NCBI GenBank assembly: GCA_035935655.1
Contig: DASYWW010000012.1
Span: forward strand, 15,618-79,617
Origin: Candidatus Bathyarchaeia archaeon
GTDB taxonomy: Archaea; Thermoproteota; Bathyarchaeia; 40CM-2-53-6
Reading direction: 5' to 3'
Length of the DNA: 64,000 nt
Shown here piece after piece: positions 42,989 to 53,821 of this stretch (the stretch's first letter is position 1; the number at the start of each line of letters is the position of its first letter). Position numbers and translations under genes: made by a program. The notes beneath the pieces were generated by a model. That model saw only the letters and a program-made list of their open reading frames with translations, was not told where the DNA came from and made no database searches.

Positions 42989-45022
42989 TTATGGGCTTGT
43001 GGCCGGAGGTGCCGAGCCCGACCCCGGGGGCGCGATGCTTGCTGTTCGACGCCTGACTCTCAGAACGTAGACAGCAGCAACGGCTACTGCTGCCACCACG
43101 ACAGCCACGATTATGTAGACTCCATACGCATCGATGAAGCTTGTGCCATAAGTCGGGGAGTAGCCAGCGGATTGCAATAGTTGTCCGGCTTTTGTAAGAT
43201 TGTACGCATATGGTTGCAATGTCGGGTTGAAGCCCTGCGTCACCGCGGCGCCCGTCTTGTAGTTACCAATGATTGGCGTAGTGATTGCGGCGACACCAGC
43301 GCCGTTTAGCAGGCTGGTGATTATCTGATCTCTGGGCGTAGCGTAACTGATGGCTTGACGAATCCATCTTGCGGCATTGGCTGCAGCTGTTTTGTTACCC
43401 GAATACTGCTGTGCGTAAGGCGTACCGGTGCCTGTGCCGATAATCGGGTGTTGCATGTTAACCCCCATCTCTTGTACACCGAAGGCGTCGTAGGATGTTT
43501 GCTTGCTGGCCCCCCAACCGGTTAGGAAGCTCTGCTGAGTTTCCAAGTGGTACTGGCTATCCAGAAAGTCGACCTCGTGGTTTGTGAGGGCTGTGATCGC
43601 GGCGTCGCTTCCGACGATGGTTCTTACATAGTAATCTTTGACCCTAAACTGGTTCTTGGCAAGAAGAGCAGCCCTGCCCCAATCGCTGAAATCGAAATAG
43701 TTATCGTTTCGAACCAAGTGAGAAGTGCTGGTTGCCGCATTGTAGCTTACCCACTTGTATGGACCCGTGCCCACTGGCGTCGGTGTCCCGGCGGTCCCCG
43801 TATCAGGGTGGTTGAATAGGCTGTTGGTTATTTTGGAGTAGTCGGTTCCGAAAGCAGGCTGTAGGACATGTTTCGGTAGAATGGCTGTTGTCAAGATGTT
43901 CTGTACGAAGAATGCGTAAGGTGCTGGCAGAGTGAATCTTACAGATAGTGGGCCGGTGATGGTTACGTTATTCTTTCCGCCGACGATGCTCTTAACGAAT
44001 GATTCCGTCTGCGCACCAAAAGTGTCATTCTGGTAGAGATCGTAAGTGAATTTAACATCGTCGGAGGTGAACGGTTGTCCATCGTGCCAAGTCACGCCCG
44101 ACCGAAGATTCACGTCCCAGGTCTTTCCATCGGGACTCACTGACCAGCCCGGTGCTGCGGGTGTGCCGGCTGCCAGGGCGGGAATCATGGCTTGGCCCGT
44201 GTTGGGAACTGTGTCATTTCTCAATGATAGCCCACTGAATAGTTCACCGGAGATAGCGAGGTCATAGTAGGAGGTACTGAGTTCTGGGACAACTCCTTCC
44301 CCGGGGGCTTGTCCGGTTTCTGCCAAGATGAACTGTGATGTGTTCGTAGCATTTGTTAGGTGTTCTATCGGTGGCCACGCTGGAAAGTGGTATGTCTGGA
44401 ATACCTGTTGAGCGTTAGAATAGTCGCTGTCAAACGCGACTATTTCATGCGTGTAGAGCAAGGGAATCGATGGAAGCTCGTTGTAAGCTAAGACCTGCCA
44501 CTGTTTGACCAGGTTGTTGCGTGCAGTAGCGTCAAGTGTAGTTTTGATCTGATTGGTTAGGTTGTCGTTCTGAGTGTTATTCCATAGGTAGTAATTTTGA
44601 CCCGCTGGAGGAAATTGGCTGCTGTGGTAGAGCCCATAGGGATCCGGATCAATTAGTAAGTTGTAGCCGACGAACAGAATGTCGAAGCCACCTTGATCAA
44701 AAGTCTTTCCGACAATGCTTGTTGGCGGACTCAACGCCCTTGCGTATATGTTGGGACTGAAGGGAAGCTCAACCCTGGACACGTCCATTCCGAGGCATTG
44801 AAGACTGTTCTGGATTATGGCTGCCCAAGCGCGTCTGGCGGGGTTGGAAGTTGGGACTAAGAGGGTGACATGCAGTCTAGGACTGAGTCCTGTGGCGCAA
44901 CCGGCCCCTTTTACTTCTACCGTGGATAGGGGGCCGAGAACCATGAATACGGACAAAACTACGATTAGAACCGCTAGGCTCCGGACTGTTAGGTCGCGTC
45001 GCATGCCTCTAAAATGGTCCAA
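42989..45022 (-). CDS. Extracellular solute-binding protein (peptide/nickel family-5-like) with C-terminal membrane anchor
   Basis: N-terminal signal/TM, about 600-aa periplasmic-type domain, C-terminal TM YGVYIIVAVVVAAVAVAAVYVL-RVRRR plus a Pro/Ser tail. Divergent to the dppBCDF-type operon. Confidence 0.55.
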   Translation of the reverse strand: MDHFRGMRRDLTVRSLAVLIVVLSVFMVLGPLSTVEVKGAGCATGLSPRLHVTLLVPTSNPARRAWAAIIQNSLQCLGMDVSRVELPFSPNIYARALSPPTSIVGKTFDQGGFDILFVGYNLLIDPDPYGLYHSSQFPPAGQNYYLWNNTQNDNLTNQIKTTLDATARNNLVKQWQVLAYNELPSIPLLYTHEIVAFDSDYSNAQQVFQTYHFPAWPPIEHLTNATNTSQFILAETGQAPGEGVVPELSTSYYDLAISGELFSGLSLRNDTVPNTGQAMIPALAAGTPAAPGWSVSPDGKTWDVNLRSGVTWHDGQPFTSDDVKFTYDLYQNDTFGAQTESFVKSIVGGKNNVTITGPLSVRFTLPAPYAFFVQNILTTAILPKHVLQPAFGTDYSKITNSLFNHPDTGTAGTPTPVGTGPYKWVSYNAATSTSHLVRNDNYFDFSDWGRAALLAKNQFRVKDYYVRTIVGSDAAITALTNHEVDFLDSQYHLETQQSFLTGWGASKQTSYDAFGVQEMGVNMQHPIIGTGTGTPYAQQYSGNKTAAANAARWIRQAISYATPRDQIITSLLNGAGVAAITTPIIGNYKTGAAVTQGFNPTLQPYAYNLTKAGQLLQSAGYSPTYGTSFIDAYGVYIIVAVVVAAVAVAAVYVLRVRRRTASIAPPGSGSAPPATSP

Positions 45023-45220
45023 TCAAGCGTATATTGCTTATGCCGACAACAATAGTGGGTAGATTCTCCCCTTTTTCTAGAAGCTGAGCAGATTACGATA
45101 TTCCTAATAGAGAACCGACTAAGTCTAGGAGTTAGGAAGCTAAATGCGGTTGCTGGCCTCTGTAGAAGTGAAATCGTCCTGAGAATGATGCAAAGAGAGA
45201 GACCAGAGAGCAGAGCTTAG

Positions 45221-46192
45221 TTGTCCGTAATCAAATATGTCGTAAGACGAGCATTATATCTGATTCCGGTATTCTTTGGAATAACTCTTCTCGTTTTCAC
45301 CATTGAGAGATTGGCCGGGGATCCAGTCCAACTGTACACTGCCCTCAACCCTCACATTGATGAGGCGCAGAGGCAGGCACTTCGACACTTCCTTGGCCTC
45401 GACAAGCCGATATACCAACAGTATCTTCAATGGCTAACCCAGATTTTCACAGGTAACCTGGGATACTCCTACACCAGCGGTGTTGTTTCCACCCTTATCG
45501 CCCAGGAACTGTGGGCGACCCTCGAGTTACAGCTCCTAGGACTCGTTCTATCACTGGCGATAGCCATTCCAGTCGGTGTGCTTTCGGCGAGGAAAAGATA
45601 TTCTTTCCTGGACGTATCTATTACCAGCTCCTCCCTGGTAGGGACCTCGATACCGATATTCTTCCTTGGCGTTGCTTTCATCCTGATTTTCGGCTATAAC
45701 CTGCACTTGTTTCCGTCCGGAGGATTCGAGTCAACAACTCCAGACAAGTACCCGTACGGAAGCCTGCTCCTGGACCACCTTTGGCATCTCACTCTTCCTA
45801 CCGCCGTGTATACATTCGCTCTACTTGCCCCAATAGTTCTACTAGTAAGATCGAGCATGCTCGAAGTGCTGAGACAAGACTACATCTTAGCTGGGCGCGC
45901 TAGTGGACTAAGCGAGCGGACTGTTATCTACAAACACGGGCTGAGAAACGCTCTCATCCCGATCGTAACTTACGTCGGGCTGTATTTTGGAGGTCTCATA
46001 GCTGGTGCACCGGTTACGGAGACCGTCTTCAACTGGCCTGGAGTTGGGAGACAATTTGTCACGTCAACAACTCAACTCGACTTTCCTGTGATTCAGGCAA
46101 TAGTAGTGATAATCACGATCATGACGCTAATCGCCAATCTCATTACCGACATTGCATACGCATACATTGATCCAAGAATCCGGCTCGAGTGA
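45221..46192 (+). CDS. ABC transporter permease (DppB/OppB-like)
   Basis: N-terminal VIKYVVRRALYLIPVFFGITLLVF typical of OppB; EAA-like loop; 6 TM. Confidence 0.85.
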   Translation: MSVIKYVVRRALYLIPVFFGITLLVFTIERLAGDPVQLYTALNPHIDEAQRQALRHFLGLDKPIYQQYLQWLTQIFTGNLGYSYTSGVVSTLIAQELWATLELQLLGLVLSLAIAIPVGVLSARKRYSFLDVSITSSSLVGTSIPIFFLGVAFILIFGYNLHLFPSGGFESTTPDKYPYGSLLLDHLWHLTLPTAVYTFALLAPIVLLVRSSMLEVLRQDYILAGRASGLSERTVIYKHGLRNALIPIVTYVGLYFGGLIAGAPVTETVFNWPGVGRQFVTSTTQLDFPVIQAIVVIITIMTLIANLITDIAYAYIDPRIRLE

Positions 46193-46198
46193 GATCAT

Positions 46199-47143
46199 AT
46201 GACAGAACAGTCCATGATGCCCACTTCCACAGGGGAAAGGGCCCAGCGGAGTCGGGGAGTGAGCCAATGGGCTCTCGCGTGGCGACGGCTCAAAACCAAC
46301 AGAGTTGCCATTGTGGGGCTCGGAATCGTAGGCATATTCGCCGTTATGGCGGCATTTGACAGACTCGTTGCGCTGTATCCTCCTCAGTGTCTCGTTGGCC
46401 TGAGCCCAAGTTGCCCATCACCCGCATACGCTTCCAATGCTCCTCCCAGTGCCGCTCATCCTTTTGGCACCGATCTTGCAGGGTATGATGTATACAGCGA
46501 GATCGTTTATGGTACGCGGGCGGCTTTCGTTATCGGACTCGGCGCAAGCGGTCTTGTTATGTTGATCGCGATTTCAATCGGGCTAGTCGCCGGCTACTTT
46601 GGAGGATGGATCGATAATGTTCTGATGAGATTTACCGAAGTCTTCCTCGTCATCCCTTTTTTCCTGCTGTTGCTTGTCTTCCTCCAGGTAACGATCAAGC
46701 TGGCACCGACGGCCACTGGTGGAATTTGGCTGGTCGTGTTCATTATCGGAGCATTCTCGTGGCCTGGAGCCGCTAGGATAATACGCTCTGAAGTGTTGCG
46801 GGTGCGGGAGTTTGAGTACATCTCAGCTTCACGCCAGATAGGGGCCTCATCGTTCCGAATACTCCTTCGCCACCTCTTTCCAAACGTTCTTCACATCGTG
46901 ATCGTGCTCGGGACTCTACAAATTGCAGGTTCTATCCTAACGGAGGCCGCGGTGAGTTTCCTCGGATTTGGTGCTCCCAATTCCAACACGTGGGGCCAAC
47001 AAATGTACACCTCAGCAGGTTTCATAGAACAGGCATGGTGGGGAACCTTGTTCCCAGCAATATTCGTCACACTCATGGTAATGGGATTCAACCTCCTCGG
47101 CAATGGTCTGAGGGATGCCCTAGATCCTAGGCTTAGGGAATAG
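46199..47143 (+). CDS. ABC transporter permease (DppC/OppC-like)
   Basis: EAA motif region ASRQIGASSFRILLRHLFPN; 6 TM. Confidence 0.85.
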   Translation: MTEQSMMPTSTGERAQRSRGVSQWALAWRRLKTNRVAIVGLGIVGIFAVMAAFDRLVALYPPQCLVGLSPSCPSPAYASNAPPSAAHPFGTDLAGYDVYSEIVYGTRAAFVIGLGASGLVMLIAISIGLVAGYFGGWIDNVLMRFTEVFLVIPFFLLLLVFLQVTIKLAPTATGGIWLVVFIIGAFSWPGAARIIRSEVLRVREFEYISASRQIGASSFRILLRHLFPNVLHIVIVLGTLQIAGSILTEAAVSFLGFGAPNSNTWGQQMYTSAGFIEQAWWGTLFPAIFVTLMVMGFNLLGNGLRDALDPRLRE

Positions 47144-48153
47144 TGGAAACCTCCACATTGACCGACTGTATCTTACGCGTTGAGAACCTGAGGACGTATT
47201 TTTTCACCTACGCCGGGATTGTCAAAGCAGTGGACGACATAAGCCTCGACGTTAGCAAGGGAGAGACCTTGGGCGTTGTTGGTGAATCTGGTTCCGGAAA
47301 GACAGTTACCGCCCAATCGATCTTGAGAATTGTTCCATCGCCGGGAAAGATCGTGGATGGGACGATAGAGTTCGAGGGAAAGAACCTCCTAAAGTTGGGG
47401 GAAAAACAGATGCAGAAAATCCGCGGAAAGGAAATAGCGTATGTCCCTCAAGATCCCACTACAACTCTCGACCCCGTTTACAGGGTAGGGGAACAGTTGT
47501 CTGAGGTAATAATGCGGCATCATATTATTTCCAAGAGAGATGCTCTCGCTAAGGCCACCGACCTGCTCCGTAACGTCGAGATCTCGGACCCGGAAATCAG
47601 GATCAATCAGTATCCTCACGAGTTGAGTGGTGGAACTAAGCAGCGAGTAGCAATTGCAAGGGCCCTTGCCGGTGACCCTGCACTAATCCTAGCAGATGAG
47701 CCTACGACCGCGCTTGATGTAACGATCCAGGCCCAAATCCTCGACCTTCTCAAGGAACTGAAGAACCGGCTCAAAGTGGCAATGGTTCTGATCACACACG
47801 ACATGGGAATAGTCGCAGATGTATGTGACAGAGTGACCGTTCTATACGCAGGACAAGTGTGCGAGTCAGGAACCGTCGAACAAGTGTTCGAGAAGCCAAA
47901 GCATCCCTACACCCAAGCGTTACTGACATCTGTTCCAAACCTTGCCTTAAGAAAGGAAAAACTGTCCGTTATTCCAGGAAACGTTCCCAACCTGATCGAG
48001 CCTCCATCAGGATGTAGGTTCAACCCTCGCTGCGCATATGCCCAGCAAATTTGCATCGACAAAGTTCCAGAGCTAGAATCGATAGGGGAAGGAAGACTGG
48101 CTCACTGTCATAGATGGAAAGAGCTTGATCTGAAATCCCCGGTTGCGAGCTGA
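47143..48153 (+). CDS. Peptide ABC transporter ATPase (DppD/OppD-like)
   Basis: GESGSGKT, LSGGTKQR, ILADEPTTALD; C-terminal oligopeptide-ABC Cys-rich tail (CRFNPRC). Confidence 0.9.
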   Translation: METSTLTDCILRVENLRTYFFTYAGIVKAVDDISLDVSKGETLGVVGESGSGKTVTAQSILRIVPSPGKIVDGTIEFEGKNLLKLGEKQMQKIRGKEIAYVPQDPTTTLDPVYRVGEQLSEVIMRHHIISKRDALAKATDLLRNVEISDPEIRINQYPHELSGGTKQRVAIARALAGDPALILADEPTTALDVTIQAQILDLLKELKNRLKVAMVLITHDMGIVADVCDRVTVLYAGQVCESGTVEQVFEKPKHPYTQALLTSVPNLALRKEKLSVIPGNVPNLIEPPSGCRFNPRCAYAQQICIDKVPELESIGEGRLAHCHRWKELDLKSPVAS

Positions 48154-48159
48154 CCCCCC

Positions 48160-49167
48160 ATGGCCGAAACGGTACTCGAAGTTAGCGAGCTAACGAAACA
48201 TTTCCCGGTTTACGAGAGAGGAGTAATACTAAGACGGAAACTTGGAGATGTTCACGCAGTCGACCAAGTCTCCTTCGGCATCAAGAAGAATGAGACCTTT
48301 GGGCTAGTCGGAGAAAGCGGTTGCGGTAAGACCACGATTGCAAAATGCATTCTATACCTAGAGCCTCCTACATCAGGGAATATTTTCTTCAACGGAAAAA
48401 ATATCACAGACATTTTCAAGAAAGGAAGGAAAGTCCAGGTTCTCGCTCTTAGACGTCAGATGCAGTACATCTTCCAGAACCCGTACTCGTCTCTCGACCC
48501 CAGAATGACCGTAGCGGATATCATCATGGAACCGTTAGAGGTGCACAAGCATATTCCACGCAGCCATTGGCAGGACAGAATGTACGAGCTTCTGAGAATG
48601 GTAGGCTTGGAAGATTACCATGCGGAGAGATATCCGCATGAGTTCAGTGGGGGTCAGAGACAGAGAGTCTGCATAGCGCGAGCTCTGGCAGTCGACCCGC
48701 AGTTCATTGCAGCGGATGAACCTGTCGCGTCCCTCGACGTCTCGGTCCGTGCGCAGATTCTGAACCTGCTTCAAGAACTTCAGCAAAGCCTCGGGATAAC
48801 ATATCTCTACATTTCACACGATCTAAGTACTGTACGACACATCTGTCATCGAGTGGCGGTCATGTATCTCGGAAAGATAGTGGAGATAGCCGAGACAGAC
48901 GAACTATTCGAGAACCCCCTACATCCATATACCGTAGCGCTGCTATCGGCGATTCCGATACCAGACCCAAAGAAGAAGACTCACAGAATTATTCTGCCTG
49001 GGGAGGTGCCAAGCCCTGTTAATCCGCCTCCCGCATGCCGGTTTCATCCTCGCTGCCCAAGACGCATCGATATTTGCTCGAAGGTAGAGCCACCACTGTT
49101 GGAGGTTCAACCGGGACACTGGCTCGCATGCCACAACCCATGGCCTTCCCGAAGGCTCGCTTCGTAG
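48160..49167 (+). CDS. Peptide ABC transporter ATPase (DppF/OppF-like)
   Basis: GESGCGKTT, FSGGQRQR, AADEPVASLD; C-terminal CRFHPRCP. Confidence 0.9.
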   Translation: MAETVLEVSELTKHFPVYERGVILRRKLGDVHAVDQVSFGIKKNETFGLVGESGCGKTTIAKCILYLEPPTSGNIFFNGKNITDIFKKGRKVQVLALRRQMQYIFQNPYSSLDPRMTVADIIMEPLEVHKHIPRSHWQDRMYELLRMVGLEDYHAERYPHEFSGGQRQRVCIARALAVDPQFIAADEPVASLDVSVRAQILNLLQELQQSLGITYLYISHDLSTVRHICHRVAVMYLGKIVEIAETDELFENPLHPYTVALLSAIPIPDPKKKTHRIILPGEVPSPVNPPPACRFHPRCPRRIDICSKVEPPLLEVQPGHWLACHNPWPSRRLAS

Positions 49168-49597
49168 ACGCTGAAGAAACGCTTCTCACCTACTCGCAGC
49201 CATCACGCCACTTTTTCTTCTCCAGCTACGATCTAGGCCGAGCCATCAAGCGATCCCCGGATGGTCAATTTCTGACGCCCCCGCACCACGAAGCATAAGC
49301 CACGGAGCAGAATCGCCCAATTTCAGCCCTGATTTGCGATCTGAAACATCCCCTGGATCTCGACTGAAAATCGTTCGTGAACCGCTCGATAGAGCAGGCA
49401 AACTCAATAGTCATTCAAGCCCAGACTACGCCCTGACCTGCCTAACTCGCCCATTGTCCCTGCCAGACAGGAAATCTTCTGATCAAAAAGGGGGGTACTA
49501 GCGAGTACATCTCGCGACGCAAGACCCGGAGGTCCGGGAAGCCCAATCTTCCGCCCCGCTCTTCGAGGCGACAGTTTGACCCGCGCCGTTAGATTCC

Positions 49598-50374
49598 TTA
49601 GATAGTCGGGATCTTGTAGTGGAAGAAGACCCAGAAGGATAGGACTATTCCGGCCAGGGATATTCCCAGCAAGAGATAGTCAACGAGCTTGAATTTGAGT
49701 TCGAAGAGCGAGGTCCGCCCCTCTTTTCCCGGAAACCCGCGTGCCTCGAGCGCTTCAGCCAGTTCGAGACTCCTCCTTATCGCGATCAACAATAACGGAA
49801 TCAGGATCGGAATGTAATTCCGGACCCGTTTCAACAAGTTCCCTTTATCGAGCTCAAGTCCTCTTGACCGTTGGGCATCAACTACCGTCTGTGCGTCAAC
49901 TGCCATGGTAGGCACCAGCCTGACTGCGGTTGTGAAGGTGAACGATAACGCGTTCGGGTATCCAAGCCATCGTCGTGAGAGCCATCGGATGAAGCTGACC
50001 TTGTCAATCGCCAACCCAAGATCGTCTGGAGAGGTGGTCATGAAGAAGAAGCTGAAGGTCGTCATCAACAGCAGAAATCGTAAAGTAAGGGCTATGGCGT
50101 TCGCCAAAGGTCCTGTGAAGTAGTTCACGACAAAGATCAAGGCTGAAAGGAATATGCCTGCTCGGAGAGATTGGACCCATCTCTTGGTCACGCGGCCTAT
50201 GATGAGCAACGGGACTTGCACCAGCAATAGTCCTGTTAGGAGGTAGATGTTGGTGAAAAGAAGCGAGGGCACGATTATCCCTATCACCAAGAGGAATTTT
50301 GCTCTCGGGTCCAGCCTGTGAACCGGGGTCTTGAGGCTTGAGAACTTGAATCCATTAAGAACTCTGAGCGACAC
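49598..50374 (-). CDS. ecfT: ECF transporter transmembrane (T) component EcfT/CbiQ
   Basis: 5 TM plus the C-terminal [11 protein letters not shown] (ARG signature). Confidence 0.8.
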   Translation of the reverse strand: MSLRVLNGFKFSSLKTPVHRLDPRAKFLLVIGIIVPSLLFTNIYLLTGLLLVQVPLLIIGRVTKRWVQSLRAGIFLSALIFVVNYFTGPLANAIALTLRFLLLMTTFSFFFMTTSPDDLGLAIDKVSFIRWLSRRWLGYPNALSFTFTTAVRLVPTMAVDAQTVVDAQRSRGLELDKGNLLKRVRNYIPILIPLLLIAIRRSLELAEALEARGFPGKEGRTSLFELKFKLVDYLLLGISLAGIVLSFWVFFHYKIPTI

Positions 50375-51191
50375 GAATCTTCACCTCCGACAATTTCTCC
50401 TCCAGTAGCATCTTCGCCCTGTGAACATCCACAACATCTCTTGGAAAGCCAAAACCGTCTAGCTGGCTGAACAGCTTGGCCATCTGCGGCTTCACCAGCG
50501 ATGCCTTCTCGATGAGACCGTCATCAGACAGGACCTCGTCCGCCCGGCCCTGCGCCACAATCTTTCCCTTTGCCATGAGGACTACCTTCGGGTTGGACTC
50601 TGCCACGAACTCCACATCATGAGTCACCATCACAACGGCCTTCCCTTGGGAGTTGAGCTGCAGGATGAAGTTGCGCAATCGTTCTTTCTGCTGGTAGTCC
50701 TGTCCTATCGTCGGCTCATCCAAGATCAGGTAATCTGGCTCCCACGCTAAGACTGCGGCCAAGGCCACCCTCTTCCTCTCCCCCCCGCTCAACAAGAACG
50801 GAGAAGTTTCCGAGTAATGCGTGAGATCAAGCGCCTCGAGGGTCCGGGCCACCTGCTTCGTGACCACGCCGGGCTCGAAGCCGAAGTTCTTCAGAGCAAA
50901 CCCAACCTCCTCCCTTACAGTTTCAGAGAAGAGCAGATGATCAGGATTCTGGAACACGATCCCAACTTTTCTAGACAGTTGAGCAACACTCTTCTTCGTG
51001 GTATCGTCTCCGTCGACCGTGACCCTTCCGAAAGTTGGCTTCAATAAGCCATTCAATTGCTTCGCCAACGTCGTCTTCCCCGCACCATTCTCCCCCATGA
51101 TCGCTAGAAATTCTCCACTGTCGATCTTCAGATCAACAAAGTCAAGTGCCAGTTGACCTGACGGGTACGTGAAGGAGACCTGCTCGACCAA
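50355..51191 (-). CDS. ecfA: ECF transporter ATPase EcfA
   Basis: [24 protein letters not shown]. Confidence 0.9.
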   Translation of the reverse strand: MVEQVSFTYPSGQLALDFVDLKIDSGEFLAIMGENGAGKTTLAKQLNGLLKPTFGRVTVDGDDTTKKSVAQLSRKVGIVFQNPDHLLFSETVREEVGFALKNFGFEPGVVTKQVARTLEALDLTHYSETSPFLLSGGERKRVALAAVLAWEPDYLILDEPTIGQDYQQKERLRNFILQLNSQGKAVVMVTHDVEFVAESNPKVVLMAKGKIVAQGRADEVLSDDGLIEKASLVKPQMAKLFSQLDGFGFPRDVVDVHRAKMLLEEKLSEVKIRVAQSS

Positions 51192-51193
51192 GA

Positions 51194-52060
51194 TCAGTTG
51201 CGAAGCCTCTTCGACAGCATCTTAACCGCTGACTCGACGTGAGTGGGAAGACGTTCAGAGACGAGTCCATCTCTCCTCAACATTGACCAGAGAAGGGTCA
51301 CCTTTGGGAGACCGATCCCCAGCCCACTCAACCGATCAAATTCGGAATCGAGAACGTCCTCGACCTTACCATCTGCCGCGATCTTCCCATGATCCATAAC
51401 CACGATTCGCTCCGCGTACCTCCCGACCAGATCCAATCGGTGCTCAACAACGATAACCGTGATCCCGTTCTCTCTCCGGAGACGGTCCACAGCAGCCATA
51501 ACCTCCTCAGCTGTGCGCGGATCGAGAAATGACGTCGGCTCGTCTAGAACGATCACGCTCGGTTTCATGGCCAAAACCCCTGCTAAGGCGACGCGCTGTT
51601 GCTGGCCTCCTGACAATTCGTAAGGCGCCAAATCCTTGAGCGCAACCGTCCCAGCTGCATCCATCGCCCAATCAACCCGATCTCGAATCTCCTCCCTCGT
51701 AAGACCCAAGTTCTCCGGTCCAAAGGCAACATCGTTCTCAACCGTCAATGCGAAAAGCTGGTTCTCAGGATTCTGGAAAACATAACCGACCTTCCGCGAA
51801 AGCTCACTAGTCGTCTCAGCCGCAACACTAACCCCATCGACCAAGAGCTCCCCAGACATCTCTCCAGGGTGAAAGTTCGGAATCAAACCGTTGAGACAAC
51901 GGCAGAGAGTAGTCTTCCCGCAACCGCTCGGACCAGTAAGGAGCAGAAACTCTCCCCGGCCGACGACGATATTGATATCGTCGAGCGCTTTCGAGGTTGA
52001 GCCAGCGTATTGGAAGCCTAGGCCCCGGGCGGCAATGATTTCTTCCTGAGTCCCAGCCAA
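51194..52060 (-). CDS. ecfA: ECF transporter ATPase EcfA'
   Basis: GPSGCGKTT, LSGGQQQR, IVLDEPTS. Confidence 0.9.
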   Translation of the reverse strand: MAGTQEEIIAARGLGFQYAGSTSKALDDINIVVGRGEFLLLTGPSGCGKTTLCRCLNGLIPNFHPGEMSGELLVDGVSVAAETTSELSRKVGYVFQNPENQLFALTVENDVAFGPENLGLTREEIRDRVDWAMDAAGTVALKDLAPYELSGGQQQRVALAGVLAMKPSVIVLDEPTSFLDPRTAEEVMAAVDRLRRENGITVIVVEHRLDLVGRYAERIVVMDHGKIAADGKVEDVLDSEFDRLSGLGIGLPKVTLLWSMLRRDGLVSERLPTHVESAVKMLSKRLRN

Positions 52061-52119
52061 GTCTCCTACTCACTCTTGAGTTACTACTCTATAATGGTAG
52101 AATCAGCGTCCGCGCTATT

Positions 52120-53151
52120 TTAGGTCTGAAGGGGACCGATAGACTCCTTGAGACGATTCAGACAAGCGATCAGGACATCTTCCACAGTTCCCGGAGCTGT
52201 TAGTCCAGCGGCAGTAGGATGACCGCCACCAACTCCCCCCAACAGCTTCCCCAAAGGAATAGCCACATCTCTCGCCAGGTGCGCGCCTGTCTTCTCGTAG
52301 AAGTCTTCTGTCGCTCGCATGTTGACCCGTACCTTCTCCTTTACTTCACCCGCAACAAACGCCACGTGGGCTCCCAGTGTCAGAAAGGCTCGTGCCGCTG
52401 AAGACTGGTACGAGCCAAGCTGAGACGTAACTACGATCCAATTCCCCAGCATACTGACACCGGACCGTTCTGCGGCTCTCAATCGGGCAACCCTCTCTGA
52501 CCGGTTCATCGGCGAACTCAGCATCCCGGAGAGACGTCGCGGATCGGCTCCAGCTTTGACTAGCTTAGCCGCGACTTCAAAAGTGGACTCTCTAGCAAGC
52601 AGGAAGTGTTTTGTTTCCACAAAAAGCGCCGCCATCAAGGCAGTTGCCTCCACCTTCTCCAGTTGCTCTTTAGACGCCTCGAACAAATGGAAGACAACCT
52701 CAGCGGCTGCAGCGGCCGACTCGTCCACGATCATTTGACGCGCCAGTTTCACAGTGTCAGGATGCGGGTGATGATGATCAACCACAACTACTCCATGTTC
52801 CATTTTCAGTAGACTGCCGGACACGGCTCCAAGTTGATCTAAAGCATTCGTGTCGACAAGGATCGCTAGATCGGCATCAGACGGAATCTTCTGATCCGGC
52901 GTCGAAATGCCCAGGTTTTCCATCAACTGCCTAGTCGGAGCACTAATCCCTTCAGGACACGCGATTGTAGTCTTGGTTCCAGGCGCAAGCCTGTGCAGAA
53001 GAGCCTGGAGAGCGAAGGCCGAGCAGACTGCGTCCGGGTCGGCGTTTTGATGGCATAGGAGAACGACGTGTTCTGATGTGCGAGCAGAGGTTGAGAGTGA
53101 GCGGAGAAGTCCTTTCCAAGTCGTCTTGGTTTTACTTGGACTCGTCGACAC
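52120..53151 (-). CDS. DHH-family phosphoesterase (DHH + DHHA1; NrnA-like)
   Basis: VVLLCHQNADPDAV (motif I), ILVDTN, VVVDHHH (DHH), C-terminal GGGHPTAAG (DHHA1). Confidence 0.8.
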   Translation of the reverse strand: MSTSPSKTKTTWKGLLRSLSTSARTSEHVVLLCHQNADPDAVCSAFALQALLHRLAPGTKTTIACPEGISAPTRQLMENLGISTPDQKIPSDADLAILVDTNALDQLGAVSGSLLKMEHGVVVVDHHHPHPDTVKLARQMIVDESAAAAAEVVFHLFEASKEQLEKVEATALMAALFVETKHFLLARESTFEVAAKLVKAGADPRRLSGMLSSPMNRSERVARLRAAERSGVSMLGNWIVVTSQLGSYQSSAARAFLTLGAHVAFVAGEVKEKVRVNMRATEDFYEKTGAHLARDVAIPLGKLLGGVGGGHPTAAGLTAPGTVEDVLIACLNRLKESIGPLQT

Positions 53152-53161
53152 GGGCCGGCTT

Positions 53162-53530
53162 TCAGCTGGCCGCAGGGCTTGCAGGTCGGAGCTTCTCCTG
53201 GAGCTTGGTCTGAAGCTCTTTCATCCTCTCTTTGGTCCGCTCTTCCTGTCTACCCAAGACGGTGATCCTCGTTCCGAGCAATTCCTTTCTCTCCTTCAAT
53301 TCCGAAAGAACCGTCTGCCTGTCAGACTTCAACAAGAGGCTGCCCACGCTCTTGTAAACAGGAGTTTGATCGGTGATCTTCTCGAGCTCAGCGAGCGCCC
53401 TATCTGTCTCGGACAGCTCAATCTCTAGCTGCTGTTTCTGTGATGTTACTGCCTGTAAGGTCTGTTGTAGTTGTTGCAATCGGGCGAGCTGTTCTTGCAG
53501 CTGTGGTGGGAGCTCAACTTCTTCGCTCAA
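53162..53530 (-). CDS. pfdB: Prefoldin beta subunit
   Basis: All-coiled-coil 122 aa; QLQEQLARLQQLQQTLQAV...VYKSVGSLLLKSDRQTVLSEL pattern of PfdB; position in the exosome superoperon. Confidence 0.75.
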   Translation of the reverse strand: MSEEVELPPQLQEQLARLQQLQQTLQAVTSQKQQLEIELSETDRALAELEKITDQTPVYKSVGSLLLKSDRQTVLSELKERKELLGTRITVLGRQEERTKERMKELQTKLQEKLRPASPAAS

Positions 53531-53538
53531 GTTTTCTA

Positions 53539-53820
53539 CGCGCCGCTTGAAGGGGGAACTCGTCGCGTCCTATAAAAGGGTGCAACAACTTCGATCGCCC
53601 TCAGGCCAGCGGCGACGAATCGAAGGAAAGAATTCGACGCGGCTCGCAATGCTACGAGATCTTGAGCCTGAATGCGCAACGTGAGAACACTGCCACGAGC
53701 ATCTAGTTGCGTCGAGGATCGGTAACCTGGAGTTTGTTTGGCTTCAGGTGCGACTGAAGATAATATTGTGTTGGCGATCTTCGGCGAGTCGAATGTAATG
53801 GATATCGTGATTTCTGATTC
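53539..53820 (-). CDS. Pcc1-like (KEOPS subunit) reading frame lacking any ATG/GTG/TTG start
   Basis: Hand translation: EITISITFDSPKIANTILSSVAPEAKQTPGYRSSTQLDARGSVLTLRIQAQDLVALRAASNSFLRFVAAGLRAIEVV matches the Pcc1 pattern (...ALRAslNSflRll...). The frame is open from the TAG at 53926-53928 to the TAG at 53536-53538 and overlaps the 3' tail of the L37Ae ORF. Confidence 0.45.
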
Positions 53821-53821
53821 T

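Noticed and set aside
42989-45022. A PGF-CTERM/archaeosortase signal on the substrate-binding protein
   Set aside because: The C-terminal TM plus Arg cluster is followed by about 20 extra residues and no PGF tripeptide precedes the helix. It is treated as an ordinary membrane anchor.
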